64,000 bases of DNA from Nemertoderma westbladi (GCA_032718475.1 JAUCBJ010008555.1:1-64000), one strand, 5' to 3'; positions 12,501 to 22,489 are shown, counted from the stretch's first letter. Notes: a model not told the origin generated them from the sequence alone. Translations and numbers: made by a program.

Positions 12501-13287
12501 ACAACTCATCAAGCAGTCCAGAGAGAAAACATCGGAAAATAAGGTAAGTGAGAAACCCGCTTCTAGGAGAAGAGTAACACCGGTGTGTTACACTGACGAC
12601 GGCGAAAGCCAAGCTTCTCAAGAAGAGGACAGCGGGAAAGACACTGAGAGATCTTACTACGTTGATAAAACCTCAAAAGACGTAAGTAAATACAAGGCTC
12701 GAAACAACGATAGGAGAGAACAGGTTGCCAAGACCCCTCCTCAGTCTCCTAACAGAATGCACCGAAGAAAGCCCGAAGAAAGAACGAGAGTGCATCAAGT
12801 TACCCAAGGTAAAGTGAGTAACATAAAACCTAACTGTGCACTGTGCGACGGGACCCACCGTTTGAGTGCGTGTGCTGAATTTCTAAAGAAATCCCTTGTA
12901 GACAGACGTGCAGTCGTGTGGGATAAGCGGTTATGCTATAATTGCCTCAGACCAGGACACCAACGGCGAACCTGTTACTCCGACATAAAGTGTGCAAAGT
13001 GTGGCGCGAAACATCACATCTTGTTACACAGTGAGTTCGAACGAGACAAACAGAGTCAGGTAAGTGAGCCCGAACTACATGTCCAATTCAGTGATGTAAA
13101 TGACACTGATCAGGAGTCTGAGATGGAAGGATTCTATACTGACGAATTCTCCGACGCCAACGAATCCTGTTACCTAATCAATACCGCGGTGTATCGAGCA
13201 CTTACTTATGAAAAGGACCCGAAAATGAGTTCCCCCCAACTACCTTTGACAGACAACCATCTTGGAAAGCTCCAACTTCCAATGTAG
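9550..13287 (+). CDS. gag: Bel/Pao Gag (N-terminal part of an ancestral single polyprotein)
   Basis: DUF1759-like KFNGDEMKWLPF; triple knuckle CALCDGTHRLSAC / CYNCLRPGHQRRTC / CAKCGAKHHILLH typical of Bel/Pao; AEAEAAK helical repeat. A 1-nt frameshift near 13217 separates it from the protease, whereas copy 2 reads through. Confidence 0.93.
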   Translation: MSDTQQNLSDSLIDTTICDTDRSVERLRKEYSSPPTERKVIPPVVVSDPKLIQHHRSIISTRAQVKRNQEAAVQQQQHPSQETCSQRSDSSSSSDTVELTPERGLQMAATAYSDPLLTLPAAALTTILIAVEEHQADWARSKRATQDDYAGYAREELVSIVESQWNFPGPGLPLDLSEATWEDIHRMGVTKDTMDPAVWKRSAAGYVQGFFGSLERLEEQLFRQPQGPQEQEELLYQVRERTLRIRLILSAFEETSKRRQDTSLQVAVKTWFQRVGLKVQETAQWKSQLAERSTYEEPTDATLSQMESEETPAEKPPSRDAIDIYLSDYQRFLGDEELRRRLSGLSPNSEGTKLVLDAIDAEMLAANQAEFDEKLRLTRVQEEQVKKKQIEDRKAAAVTAAEAEAAKAAAEAEAAKVAAAAEAEAAKVASAAEAEAAKVAAAAEAEAAKAAAEAEAAKAAAAAEAERKAAVAKAELRASEETTQLELENLQETQDNINKQLTASHMQMMRRSTPKRQGYTSSEESETTDPEGGGNRSRLSRRRKTSYRHELPDLPPAVRRQLASTDLSSIEPTDQIIKVKKLPTIVDEPEIIRPVVPKVTPVLETPVLPELNSKFPLHSTTLPVPGRTVHENIPVLEAEREIKDLSPVVPRQPATMLVTPASAVEWVEEGRRGMNLLLGQMQETVHQLKGTVREGRADLQEVQQSIALERDKLVNIQNGIPIPPVKLCQPVRSEVLHAQGVEPTRIYTASEVETPIANPIKGDYRPVVNDIPYRPDNDPRNLYTDNSILNNTMAQESFTRQMARTEARQAVKVGEIVKFNGDEMKWLPFNEYYKDSIQNSVLSNGEKLRFLIKCLEGPPKLMALKFIGHPEGLRQVWDTLNIRYGNKDNIAKYLYAKLVAPRNFLSSGIIEFSDEIQEICRQLDWLGKSHEYQSSMVIGAVVSTLPKGGVCTRWDKKVLYMNEQQRRSPTMADLMSFLDGEVKLQLIKQSREKTSENKVSEKPASRRRVTPVCYTDDGESQASQEEDSGKDTERSYYVDKTSKDVSKYKARNNDRREQVAKTPPQSPNRMHRRKPEERTRVHQVTQGKVSNIKPNCALCDGTHRLSACAEFLKKSLVDRRAVVWDKRLCYNCLRPGHQRRTCYSDIKCAKCGAKHHILLHSEFERDKQSQVSEPELHVQFSDVNDTDQESEMEGFYTDEFSDANESCYLINTAVYRALTYEKDPKMSSPQLPLTDNHLGKLQLPM

Positions 13288-13307
13288 GAATCAGAGAATT
13301 TCCTGTA

Positions 13308-15812
13308 GTGCAGGTAAGAGTTCACGGTCCTAACAACAGTTACATAGTGAACGCCCTCCTTGACTCCGGCAGCACAGGAACATTCATCGATCAAGAACTA
13401 GCCGAAGATATCTTTGCTGGACAACCCAAATTCCGGACTAAATTGAATATGTCAGGAATTATGCAGGTTTGGAAATCTACCCTAACGGCAGATTACTATG
13501 TAGGTGTGTTGTCCACCCCCCAGGATAAGTTAGGAGCACAAGGTATAAGGTCGGTAAAAATGGTGGCTATAAAGAACTTCGCTACTACTCAAGCAGACCT
13601 TTATAATTGGGACGAGGATGAAAGCATCCAACATCTTAAGATACCTCGATTCCAGACAGATTATCCTGGAGTGCAAATACTCATCGGCCAAAACGCGCAT
13701 GAGGCGCTCGAGACATTGGAGAAACGGCCTGCTCAACCGCATCCACTGCAAACCTATGCGGTAAGAACTAGAGTAGGTTGGTACTTTACTGGCCCTTCCC
13801 GCAGGACTCTCGAAGAAAGAATGCCACAAGAACGAATATACCATGTAAACGATTGGGAAGTGGAGAGCAGTGAGGTGGACGAACTAACTGAGGAAACACC
13901 ATACTCCTCAGATAATGACGACATCTACCAACTCTTCGATGAAGAGAATACAATCGACCTACTTACAGAAAACAAAACTTGGAAAAATCAGGTGAACCTA
14001 TGTCAACGGATTCGCCCATCGGAACCCATCGCTTACAATGACGAACTAAACGATGAGATAGAGCGCTACAACGCTAGAACTCGGGACGAACTAGCCGTAC
14101 GATTCTTTACTCAAGAACTGGTAGAGCCCAATTCATATGATAAGGCCCTATCGATAGAAGAAGAAAGAGCCAAGCAAATCCAGGAAACAACTACACGTTT
14201 TTTAAAGGACCAAGGTAGATATGAAATCGGCCTACCATTTCGAAAACGAGAACCTAGATTTATAAATAACAGACCCTTGGCAGAGAAAAGAATCGCTCAA
14301 TTACATCGACGCCTTACGGCTAATGCTTCAGCTAAAGAAATGTACCAAACTCAGCTGAAGAAATTTATAACAAAGGGATACGCGGAGCGAGTACCGGAAG
14401 GAACACCAGTGACTGAGAGAACGTATTACTTAACACATCATTACGTTCCCAAACCCGGTAAACCCCACGAAGTACGAGTCGTATTCGATGGCTCCGCCCT
14501 ATATATGGGCCAATCCCTCAATTCCGAGTTGTTACCAGGACCCAACTTACTCCAATCTTTGTTGGGAATACTTTTAAGATTAAGACAATATTCCATCGCG
14601 TTCGCCTCCGATATAGAAGGAATGTTCTTACAAGTCAAGGCGCTGGATAGAGATAGAGACAGCCTGAGATTTCTATGGTGGCCTGAAGGAGACCTCAATC
14701 AGAAACCGGTAGAGTACTGGATGACCATCCAGGCTTTTGGAATCATATCAAGCCCTTCCAACGCCTGCTCCGTGGTGCAAACCACTGCGAATGACAACCG
14801 AGACTCCTTCTCAAAAGAGGTGATAGACAACATCAAGCGGAATATATACATGGACGACAATTTAAGGTCCCTTCCATCAGTAGAAGAAGCCATAGATGTC
14901 GCGAAAGGAACGGTAGAGTGTTTGAAAAGAGGTGGATTTCGACTGACGAAATTCACCAGCAACTCCCGTGAGTTTCTGGAAGCGATACCGGTAGAAGACC
15001 GAGGAACGAAAGACCTAGACTTAATAAAAGACGATCTTCCTGAAACCAAGACGCTTGGCTTGAAGTGGGACACTGAAAGAGACATCCTGTTTTTTCAGTT
15101 AAAACAGCGAGATAATCCAGTTCGGACCAAACGGATTTGTTTAAGTATCCTGAGCACTTATTTCGACCCATTGGGATTTATTAGCCCAGTTATATTGATT
15201 GCTCGGAGTTTAGTACAACAAATGTGGCTTGAAAACCACTCATGGGACGATCCGCTTAAGGGAGAACTGTTAAAGAAATGGATGAAATGGGAAGATTCTC
15301 TACCTGCCATCGAGAACTTTATAATTTCCCGTGCATATTTTGGCCATGTTCTTCCTACGTATTCCTATCAACTCCATGTGTTTGGAGACGCCAGCGACAT
15401 GGGAATAGGTATAGTAGCATATCTGGGAGTCGAAACTCTGGATGGAATCAAAGTCGCCTTGGTTACCTCTAAGGCATTGATTAACAACAAGTTAAAGGTT
15501 CCTCGAGCGGAGTTAAAGGCGGCTTTATACGCTACAGCCATCGGCCGGAACGTAACGGAACAAATTGACTATCCACTGGAGAAAACGGTTTATTGGACCG
15601 ACGCTTTACTCGTGTTGGAGTATCTAACCAATGAAGTCTGTCAGTTCAGCGTTTTTGTTACTAACAGAGTAGCTATTATTCTTAGTCGCACAAAGATAGA
15701 TCAATGGAGACATTGCCCTGGTACGATTAATCCAGTCGATATCGCCTCCCGGGGAGCAACTCCACAGGAACTGATAGATACTCCAGACTGGTTGGCTTCC
15801 CCGACTTCCTGA
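13308..15812 (+). CDS. pol: Pol: aspartic protease, reverse transcriptase, RNase H (Pao/A17 region)
   Basis: ALLDSGS protease; RVVFDGS, SDIEGMFLQV and IYMDDNL RT motifs; LHVFGDASD, VPRAEL and YWTDA RNase H motifs; frameshift near 15800. Confidence 0.95.
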   Translation: MQVRVHGPNNSYIVNALLDSGSTGTFIDQELAEDIFAGQPKFRTKLNMSGIMQVWKSTLTADYYVGVLSTPQDKLGAQGIRSVKMVAIKNFATTQADLYNWDEDESIQHLKIPRFQTDYPGVQILIGQNAHEALETLEKRPAQPHPLQTYAVRTRVGWYFTGPSRRTLEERMPQERIYHVNDWEVESSEVDELTEETPYSSDNDDIYQLFDEENTIDLLTENKTWKNQVNLCQRIRPSEPIAYNDELNDEIERYNARTRDELAVRFFTQELVEPNSYDKALSIEEERAKQIQETTTRFLKDQGRYEIGLPFRKREPRFINNRPLAEKRIAQLHRRLTANASAKEMYQTQLKKFITKGYAERVPEGTPVTERTYYLTHHYVPKPGKPHEVRVVFDGSALYMGQSLNSELLPGPNLLQSLLGILLRLRQYSIAFASDIEGMFLQVKALDRDRDSLRFLWWPEGDLNQKPVEYWMTIQAFGIISSPSNACSVVQTTANDNRDSFSKEVIDNIKRNIYMDDNLRSLPSVEEAIDVAKGTVECLKRGGFRLTKFTSNSREFLEAIPVEDRGTKDLDLIKDDLPETKTLGLKWDTERDILFFQLKQRDNPVRTKRICLSILSTYFDPLGFISPVILIARSLVQQMWLENHSWDDPLKGELLKKWMKWEDSLPAIENFIISRAYFGHVLPTYSYQLHVFGDASDMGIGIVAYLGVETLDGIKVALVTSKALINNKLKVPRAELKAALYATAIGRNVTEQIDYPLEKTVYWTDALLVLEYLTNEVCQFSVFVTNRVAIILSRTKIDQWRHCPGTINPVDIASRGATPQELIDTPDWLASPTS

Positions 15813-17731
15813 GCAAGGAAGAGGATGAATGGCCTCCTCACCTTACTACGGCGGAGATTAGACAAGCCAAGGGAGCGGAGACAGTCAAACCTAAAACCCG
15901 GGCGAGTAAATCGAAGTTATTTAAACCGACTATCGATCTATCTGTATTACATACTTCCGGGAATGATGCTTCGGATCCACAATCCCTCAACACAAATAAG
16001 GCTGTTGTGGAAATTAGAGATAGAGACTGGATATCTGGAATACCAGACATCTCGCAAGGAATCTCACCCCTGCTGCAGAGAGCAATGCATCACTACAGTT
16101 CCTGGAATCGGCTCTGTAAAGCCGTCACGTATTTAAGGAGATGTTTTCATCATCACTACTCCAGGACGAAGACCATTAGTGATACCGCTCCATTGACATC
16201 TGCGCAAGTTCATGTAATTAAAAATTTACCCAAATATAAAACATCCGACCGGTTTCTAAAGGAGAAAATTAGTTACCAGGAGCATGAAGAAACCAATAAG
16301 CAGATACTGAGACTCCTGCAATGCTATGAGGATTCCGATAAGTATTTCCTGTTGTTGAGAAATCCGCAGATGCGCTTAAGGGATCGATTCTCTAGCACAA
16401 TGATAGATGGGTTAATACGTGTTGGAGGAAGGCTCACCAATGCGCCATTATCCTTTGACACTAAATTCCCCATACTCATTAGAAATCTTGAAGTACAAAT
16501 CAAGATGATTGTAGATGTTCACAGTAAACTTTATCATGCTGGTAGAGAACGAGTTCTTAGCGAAATTCGAACACGCTATTATTTTGATAAACCCCGTAGA
16601 GCTCTGAACCAAGTTCTTAGGAACTGCATACCCTGTAGGAAAGCATTCAGTAGGCCTTTAACACAGCGAGAGGCAGAATTACCTAGGGAACGAGTAAGCT
16701 TCTATGAACCACCTTTTACTAATACTGGTGTAGATTTATTTGGCCCTATTGAAGTATATCGTGCTAGGACTATAGTCAAGAGATGGTGTGTCATCTTCGT
16801 GTGCATGACTTGTAGAGCCATCCATCTCGATATGGTGAACGATCTATCTACCAACAGCTTTGTCTTAAGTCTACGACGACAGATCGCTCGCTTCGGGACG
16901 AGTAATACCATGAGATCGGATAAGGGAACGAACTTCATTGGTGCCAACAACGAAATACAGGCTTACGTGAAGGACTGGAACCAAAGACAGGTGGACGACC
17001 AGCTAAGGATAACAGCGTCTAGCTGGACCTTCAACGCCGCCGACGCCCCTTGGTGGGGAGGAAGTTGGGAGAGATTAATTCGAAGTGTCAAAACCGCATT
17101 TCACTTTATAGTGCCATGCCGCGCGTATCTCACCGACGAACTTTTGCGGACGTTAATGGAGGAAATAGCTGCCTATCTCAACGAAAGACCGCTTATGCCA
17201 GTCTCATCGAGTCCCGATTCCCTGGAAGCGCTAACACCTGCACACTTCCTACTGAAGAAACCTGTAGCCATGCTCCCACGATCGGAGATTGCCGACGGAG
17301 ACGAATACTGCCGTCGAACTTGGCAACTTATGCAGTTGCTATCCCGTTGTTTCGCTGACCATTTCGAGAAACATTATCTGCCCACGCTACAACTTCGAAC
17401 TAAGTGGTTTGCGCAGCAAGAAAACGTCAGCGCCGGAGATATGGTGCTTATTGTAGATCCAGACCTCCCACGTAAACGGTGGCAGACAGGTCGTATCATC
17501 GAGACCCACATCTCGGATGATGGTATAGTACGCTCAGTAGAACTCATTGTCATGCGGCGTAACTTCAAGAAGCCAGGCATAATCTTTGAGACGCAACAAC
17601 TCAATCGCCCAGTTGGTCGTTTATGTTTACTGGAAAGAGACAGAGAACTCTCTGGAAACTATGGAAGGCAAGACACTCTTCCCACGACCACCTCCCTAAT
17701 TCCTCAAACATCTAGGGACTCCCCAACATGA
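15803..17731 (+). CDS. pol: Pol C-terminus: integrase (frame open from ~15803; ORF-track start 16007)
   Basis: HHCC motif (HSKLYH...CIPC), GVDLFGP, SDKGTNF, WGGSWERLI, LTPAHFL, and a C-terminal GDMVLI...W.TGRI...DGIVR motif. Confidence 0.95.
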   Translation, partial: DFLSKEEDEWPPHLTTAEIRQAKGAETVKPKTRASKSKLFKPTIDLSVLHTSGNDASDPQSLNTNKAVVEIRDRDWISGIPDISQGISPLLQRAMHHYSSWNRLCKAVTYLRRCFHHHYSRTKTISDTAPLTSAQVHVIKNLPKYKTSDRFLKEKISYQEHEETNKQILRLLQCYEDSDKYFLLLRNPQMRLRDRFSSTMIDGLIRVGGRLTNAPLSFDTKFPILIRNLEVQIKMIVDVHSKLYHAGRERVLSEIRTRYYFDKPRRALNQVLRNCIPCRKAFSRPLTQREAELPRERVSFYEPPFTNTGVDLFGPIEVYRARTIVKRWCVIFVCMTCRAIHLDMVNDLSTNSFVLSLRRQIARFGTSNTMRSDKGTNFIGANNEIQAYVKDWNQRQVDDQLRITASSWTFNAADAPWWGGSWERLIRSVKTAFHFIVPCRAYLTDELLRTLMEEIAAYLNERPLMPVSSSPDSLEALTPAHFLLKKPVAMLPRSEIADGDEYCRRTWQLMQLLSRCFADHFEKHYLPTLQLRTKWFAQQENVSAGDMVLIVDPDLPRKRWQTGRIIETHISDDGIVRSVELIVMRRNFKKPGIIFETQQLNRPVGRLCLLERDRELSGNYGRQDTLPTTTSLIPQTSRDSPT

Positions 17732-18280
17732 TACGTCTGGAGTGGGTGTATGACTATATTATTTTATCTATTTTATTATATTTTTATATGCGAACTTTAT
17801 TATGTACTTTATTATAATCGTTTTTATTCAATTTTATTTAGTAGAATGTTATTTTAGTGATTATTTAGTAGATTAGTGCAATATATTAGTATTTATTACG
17901 TACGTAATTACTTATAATATATATTTAGTGCGACGGCGAGAAAATAATTATTTTTCTCTTTCCTTACTGTCCGTATCATATTATAAATACGTGACTACAG
18001 TAAGATGAAATGTCCGTACTTCTTAAAGTACAATAAAGCCACTACTATATTCAAGTATTATTGGTAGGCAGAGTATTAGGAATGCAAAATTCAGATCCTC
18101 GTGTCTCGGCTAAACCAAGCTCTGGGTGGACCTTGGAAACGACTTGCCTCTTCACACTGACATTGCTTCGTGCGATATTGCTCTTCTACCTTATATTAAA
18201 TAATACATATAGTAGCGTGATGTCCCTCTAACAGTAGCGTAAAACACAAATCAATCTGTTAAACCTTTTGACCATCTGTA

Positions 18281-18560
18281 ATTCTAGTCGATTAAGATAT
18301 CGCGGCACCCACCGATATACTTGAAAGACAAATTCTAGAATCAGTGGTTAACGTCCCCAGACAAGTTCTGGAATAAATCGGTGCCCATCTTAAATATTAA
18401 TTTAATATTTAGTAAAATCTGTAAAATTCAGATCCTTTAAATTCTAGTCGATTAAGATATCGTAGCACTTACCGATACTCTTAAAAGACAAATTTCATAG
18501 AATTAAGGATCCTATGTCCCCAGACATGCTCTGGAATAAAAATTGTGTCAATTTTAACAT
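18281..18560 (+). repeat. Diverged 160-bp-period direct repeat in the post-pol region
   Basis: ATTCTAGTCGATTAAGATATCG at 18281 and 18441, each followed by GTCCCCAGACA...CTGGAATAAA; retained in copy 2. Confidence 0.75.
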
Positions 18561-19165
18561 CAAATAATAAAATTCATGGGAATAAATTTAAATTCATATT
18601 TAAATGAATTTCATAAATTGTCGTTTTGTGCAATTTATAACATTCCCAAAAATTCCATTAATTAATAGATCATGGGAGCGGAGATTCATCCTATTGAGTG
18701 TATTAGAGTGCGAGAATCTCCAACATATAGTCAATAGCCGATAAAATTAATAAAATCATGCATAAAGAGGATATTGACAATTAAAGAATTATTATTAAAT
18801 AGCATCCCAGATCTGTATGCATGAGAATTACCCTAATTCTACCGCTAGCATTCCATAATGTCACCATAGCAACACCCACGCTAGAATTAGAAGCAAGTTA
18901 AGAGAACAATAGAAAGCTTGTCCTATTACATAGCATAGAGAATACATAGCACACTGTTAGTATCCAAGGATACACAGTAATAACGTGACATTCTGGAAGG
19001 CACTGACTAACGGACAAATGGCCTGTATGTGTACAATTGGTGACAGTTGTGTGGAATTTGTGCGTTTATAGGTGAATGTTACTGCTAAAGTATGTTTACA
19101 GTAGCTAGTCGCAATTGTAAAAGTAGCCCAACTCTCCTATAGAAAGAACCTAAGTGGATCCAAGC

Positions 19166-19287
19166 CTTTGGGACGGACAGTGGAGTGACTTGTGCCGGTT
19201 ATCGTTGTCGTGCTGTTGCTACATGTTGGCGTAAACACCGCGACGACGGTACATCGGCGCTGAGAATCCCACTGTCCGGGGGCAAAG
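19166..19287 (+). ncRNA. Predicted ~120-nt rod-like cis RNA structure
   Basis: Nested helices CTTTG/CAAAG, CGGACAGTGG/CCACTGTCCG, GTGCCGGT/ATCGGCGC, TATCGTTGTCGTG/CGCGACGACGGTA. The two differences seen in copy 2 (~33411-33532) both preserve pairing. Confidence 0.6.
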
Positions 19288-19359
19288 AGAAGTAGGCAGC
19301 GACGCCCGCTCGCCTATAATATAAACTTATTTTGATATTAATAAACTCAGATAGCAGAT

Positions 19360-19814
19360 ATGACGGAGTTGATAAAGATGATCTTGGTATTAGGGAGCGA
19401 TATACTCTACCTTTACAAGCATTTGTGGATAGCTTAATACGCGGTGAAGCCGATCCAACCATTATGGAGGACGATGGTCGTTATATCGAACCGCCGATGT
19501 CCCAAGAGCAACTTGCGCGTGAATTGGACTATCGAAAATTCACCACTCGCTATACGAATCGTAATGGTACGTATATGGACTTCCTAAATACCGGCCATCC
19601 TATCGATTTACATGACACGGACGATGTAGATATAGAGAGGGAAATGGTTCTATTTAAATATCATACCCAGCGGAGTCGTAATGATAAACCGAGAATGGAA
19701 CACGAGAATTCTATTTGAAAACAACTCGAAAGATAGAACGTGGAAGAAAGCTTGAAAAGACAAATAGAAGAGAACACTGAAGAAGAGACATGGGTTAATG
19801 TCCAGGGTCCATGA
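19360..19814 (+). pseudogene. Accessory ORF2 of the retrotransposon, unknown function, disrupted in this copy
   Basis: Copy 2 has an intact start (MTELIEDDLGIRERY..., 33339). Copy 1 has a 1-nt deletion at ~19375 and stops at ~19716 and ~19734. The proteins are highly similar between copies. Confidence 0.6.
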
Positions 19815-20872
19815 TGTGAATAGTTTTTCCCCGGGGCACGGGTGCTCGCGGGCGGTCTCCTTCGGGAGGCTGTAATTTCTCTTCCTTCATCGTTTTCCTG
19901 TAATTATTGTGATCAGTGTCACAATTAAAGAGCAAGAATGAATGATGATGTGACGGAAACATGTCCATTGTGGTATCTTATGGGTACTACCATATATCCT
20001 CCCTCCTCTTTACTCCCTTTATCCCTCTATACATCGCTATTGAAAATACAACATACTTCGTCCCACCTTCTCTTCCCAATGTGCTCGGAGCTTTGGGAGA
20101 CGATCGACCAATCATTGCCGTATCGTGGTATGGATCATACCGCCTCCTAATAAATCCCCCCACCCCTTACTGTTTATTTGTATGCTCATATTGGTGTCCG
20201 CACCTCTTGTCCATGTCACATTCCACATTCTGTTGATATTTATGATATCAACTTCCACCCTCTCGTTGTTGATTAGAAAGTCAACCACCAATAATTTCCT
20301 TAAGTCCGCAACCGTGATACAAACAAGGACTGAAAGGACACGAGGATAGTTTGTGAACAACTGGTACCATTATGTGTCATAAATCTGGTTGTTCACCTCC
20401 CTCAATGATTGGAGATATAAATCTTATGTAGAACAACTGAGACAAACATATCCTTGAACTGGTGTTTATCTCCTCGCACTAAGGATAAATTCATTTGGAG
20501 ATAGTCTTCGAACGATTGAATCCTCCAACTGAGAACTGAGATCGTATTTCTGAATATTTCTGAATACGACATAGGTCTTCCCCTGCTCTCTACCACTACC
20601 ATCAATGGAAGACATATTAGGCATACAACGGGAATATGGAGAACATTCCATACCCTTTCGTTGATACTCAGCTGATTGCTCCCTGGGCAGAAGGTTGAGG
20701 TTTCTTCCGCACCATGTATGCTAATACGTCTAGCAACATTACAAAGGTGCAATGAACTTCCATCGGACATCTTGCCTTTCAGGAATACGGATGGAATTTC
20801 AAAGTCGGAAATCCCATTAACTATCAACAAGTATACGGAGACCATTATTCTCGATTATACTTTGATGGACCA

Positions 20873-22411
20873 TTGACCGCACCTGGCGCCGTGTATAGCT
20901 TCATGAGTGTTCCACTCCGTCCCTACTTAGCTATATACACGATCTTTGAAAACACCGCACTTGCCGGTTGGCTAGCCGATGTGTGCAGTCGTACTATACG
21001 CGCCCATCCATTAATACTTGGGACCAAACTCGCTAAGCTAGATGAACATAATAAATTCATCCGTTTCAAATGTTTCCGGCGATTTTTAACCCCATTCCGC
21101 AACGTGGATAGCCAATTTAAAGACCGCGCTTTGACCAAGCTCAGCCTAAGAAACTCAGCTGCAGAGAAGTTGGATAGCGCTGGATTCGCCATTTTCCAAG
21201 AGATTTGTATATCGAACTTGCACTCCTCTGTTATACAAAGACATCGAATCCCCACAGGTTATTCTGTCGTGGAAATTCAGACAATAGGTCCACCTGAAGA
21301 GACAGACACGCCCACCTCAGCTATGCACTTGGAAGACGAACCAATATGTCTAGAATCTGAGGAGATTCAGCCTATCGCGCCCCGGAACAGCGACAACGAT
21401 TACATCATAGAATGGTATCAAGGTCCACAGTGTCTCACTGCGTACGATTATCGACATGCCAACTATGTTTCTAGGCCACGTTGTCGGTTATGTGCATCGA
21501 GAGACCATGATACGCCCATGGACACCAACGTCCGCTGTTCCTATTTCCAAGAACAACCGACTATGGAAATTTATTGCGCATATTGCAGACTCAATAACTT
21601 GCATATTTTTGCGGTTTGCCCTCAATTTATGACTCAATGTCACCATTGTCAACTAAAGGGACACGCCAGTTTCGATTGCCCTTTTAATCGCGATTTGGAA
21701 AGCGTAGATGAAATGATCACACTACGTTACATCAGAGCTTGGGAAGCGAACGCTGATTTACATTGTGATTCGCGCCATCGCTATTATCCTGGACGCGCTT
21801 ACGAAGGAGTTTATGCGTTCCATCCTTATCTATTCGCTTCGGTCGAACAGAAATCACGCATATCGAGTTACGAGCTACTGAAGCGCGTCGGAGAATGTAT
21901 TTCAACCAAATTCGTACGCAAATTTCTCAGGAGTGTTAATCCTAGCGACCTTCATTCCTATAACTTAATCAATTATATCCGTCAGGATCCGGACTATGGA
22001 GACTTGTTTGTTAACTCACACCCCGAGTTACAGGAAGTATATCGACGGCCTTACGAATACCAAGCCCGCGAACGCGAGTTGGAAAGAACCATTAAACCCC
22101 GGAGGTTTCTAACTGCCTATGGTCCACCCACGGCCCTCGTTCAGACCACTCGTAAAGGACCCGTAAGAGCGGCTGTCTTAAAACGAGCTCTCAAAGCCGT
22201 TAGACCCCTCTCCCCCGACGTTGATGTCAATCAACCCGGTACTTCGACTGGCGGATACACCGACCATAATCCTACACCCTCTGATGCAATAATATTGCAC
22301 CCTTCACCCAGGAGTTATAGCCCTCCTTGTAAAGTGGCTCGCCCCAAAGAGAAAAAGACTCTGGCTAGCTTTAAAAAACTGCGTAAACGCCGTCCGCGCA
22401 AGAAAGACTAA
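20873..22411 (+). CDS. Accessory ORF3: triple CCHC zinc-knuckle protein with a basic NLS-like tail (frame open from 20756; start uncertain)
   Basis: CRLC-x4-H-x9-C, CAYC-x5-H-x4-C and CHHC-x4-H-x4-C; C-terminal KKLRKRRPRKKD; homolog in copy 2 with several synonymous changes. Confidence 0.8.
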   Translation: MTAPGAVYSFMSVPLRPYLAIYTIFENTALAGWLADVCSRTIRAHPLILGTKLAKLDEHNKFIRFKCFRRFLTPFRNVDSQFKDRALTKLSLRNSAAEKLDSAGFAIFQEICISNLHSSVIQRHRIPTGYSVVEIQTIGPPEETDTPTSAMHLEDEPICLESEEIQPIAPRNSDNDYIIEWYQGPQCLTAYDYRHANYVSRPRCRLCASRDHDTPMDTNVRCSYFQEQPTMEIYCAYCRLNNLHIFAVCPQFMTQCHHCQLKGHASFDCPFNRDLESVDEMITLRYIRAWEANADLHCDSRHRYYPGRAYEGVYAFHPYLFASVEQKSRISSYELLKRVGECISTKFVRKFLRSVNPSDLHSYNLINYIRQDPDYGDLFVNSHPELQEVYRRPYEYQARERELERTIKPRRFLTAYGPPTALVQTTRKGPVRAAVLKRALKAVRPLSPDVDVNQPGTSTGGYTDHNPTPSDAIILHPSPRSYSPPCKVARPKEKKTLASFKKLRKRRPRKKD

Positions 22412-22481
22412 CTGTTTAGAGTATTTACATATATTAGAAACTGTGATTTTTGTATATTTATAAACTTGAATCCCATTTTCT

Positions 22482-22489
22482 GGGAGCGG
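22482..22489 (+). promoter_or_regulatory. Short PPT-like tract
   Basis: GGGAGCGG immediately before the 3' LTR; same in copy 2 (31814-31821, -). Confidence 0.5.

Noticed and set aside
13200-13310. Programmed gag-pol frameshift
   Set aside because: Copy 2 reads through in a single frame, as is usual for Bel/Pao, and no slippery heptamer was seen; a 1-nt loss explains the break.
20873-22411. env gene in the post-pol position
   Set aside because: No signal peptide or TM anchor seen; it has zinc knuckles and a basic tail instead.
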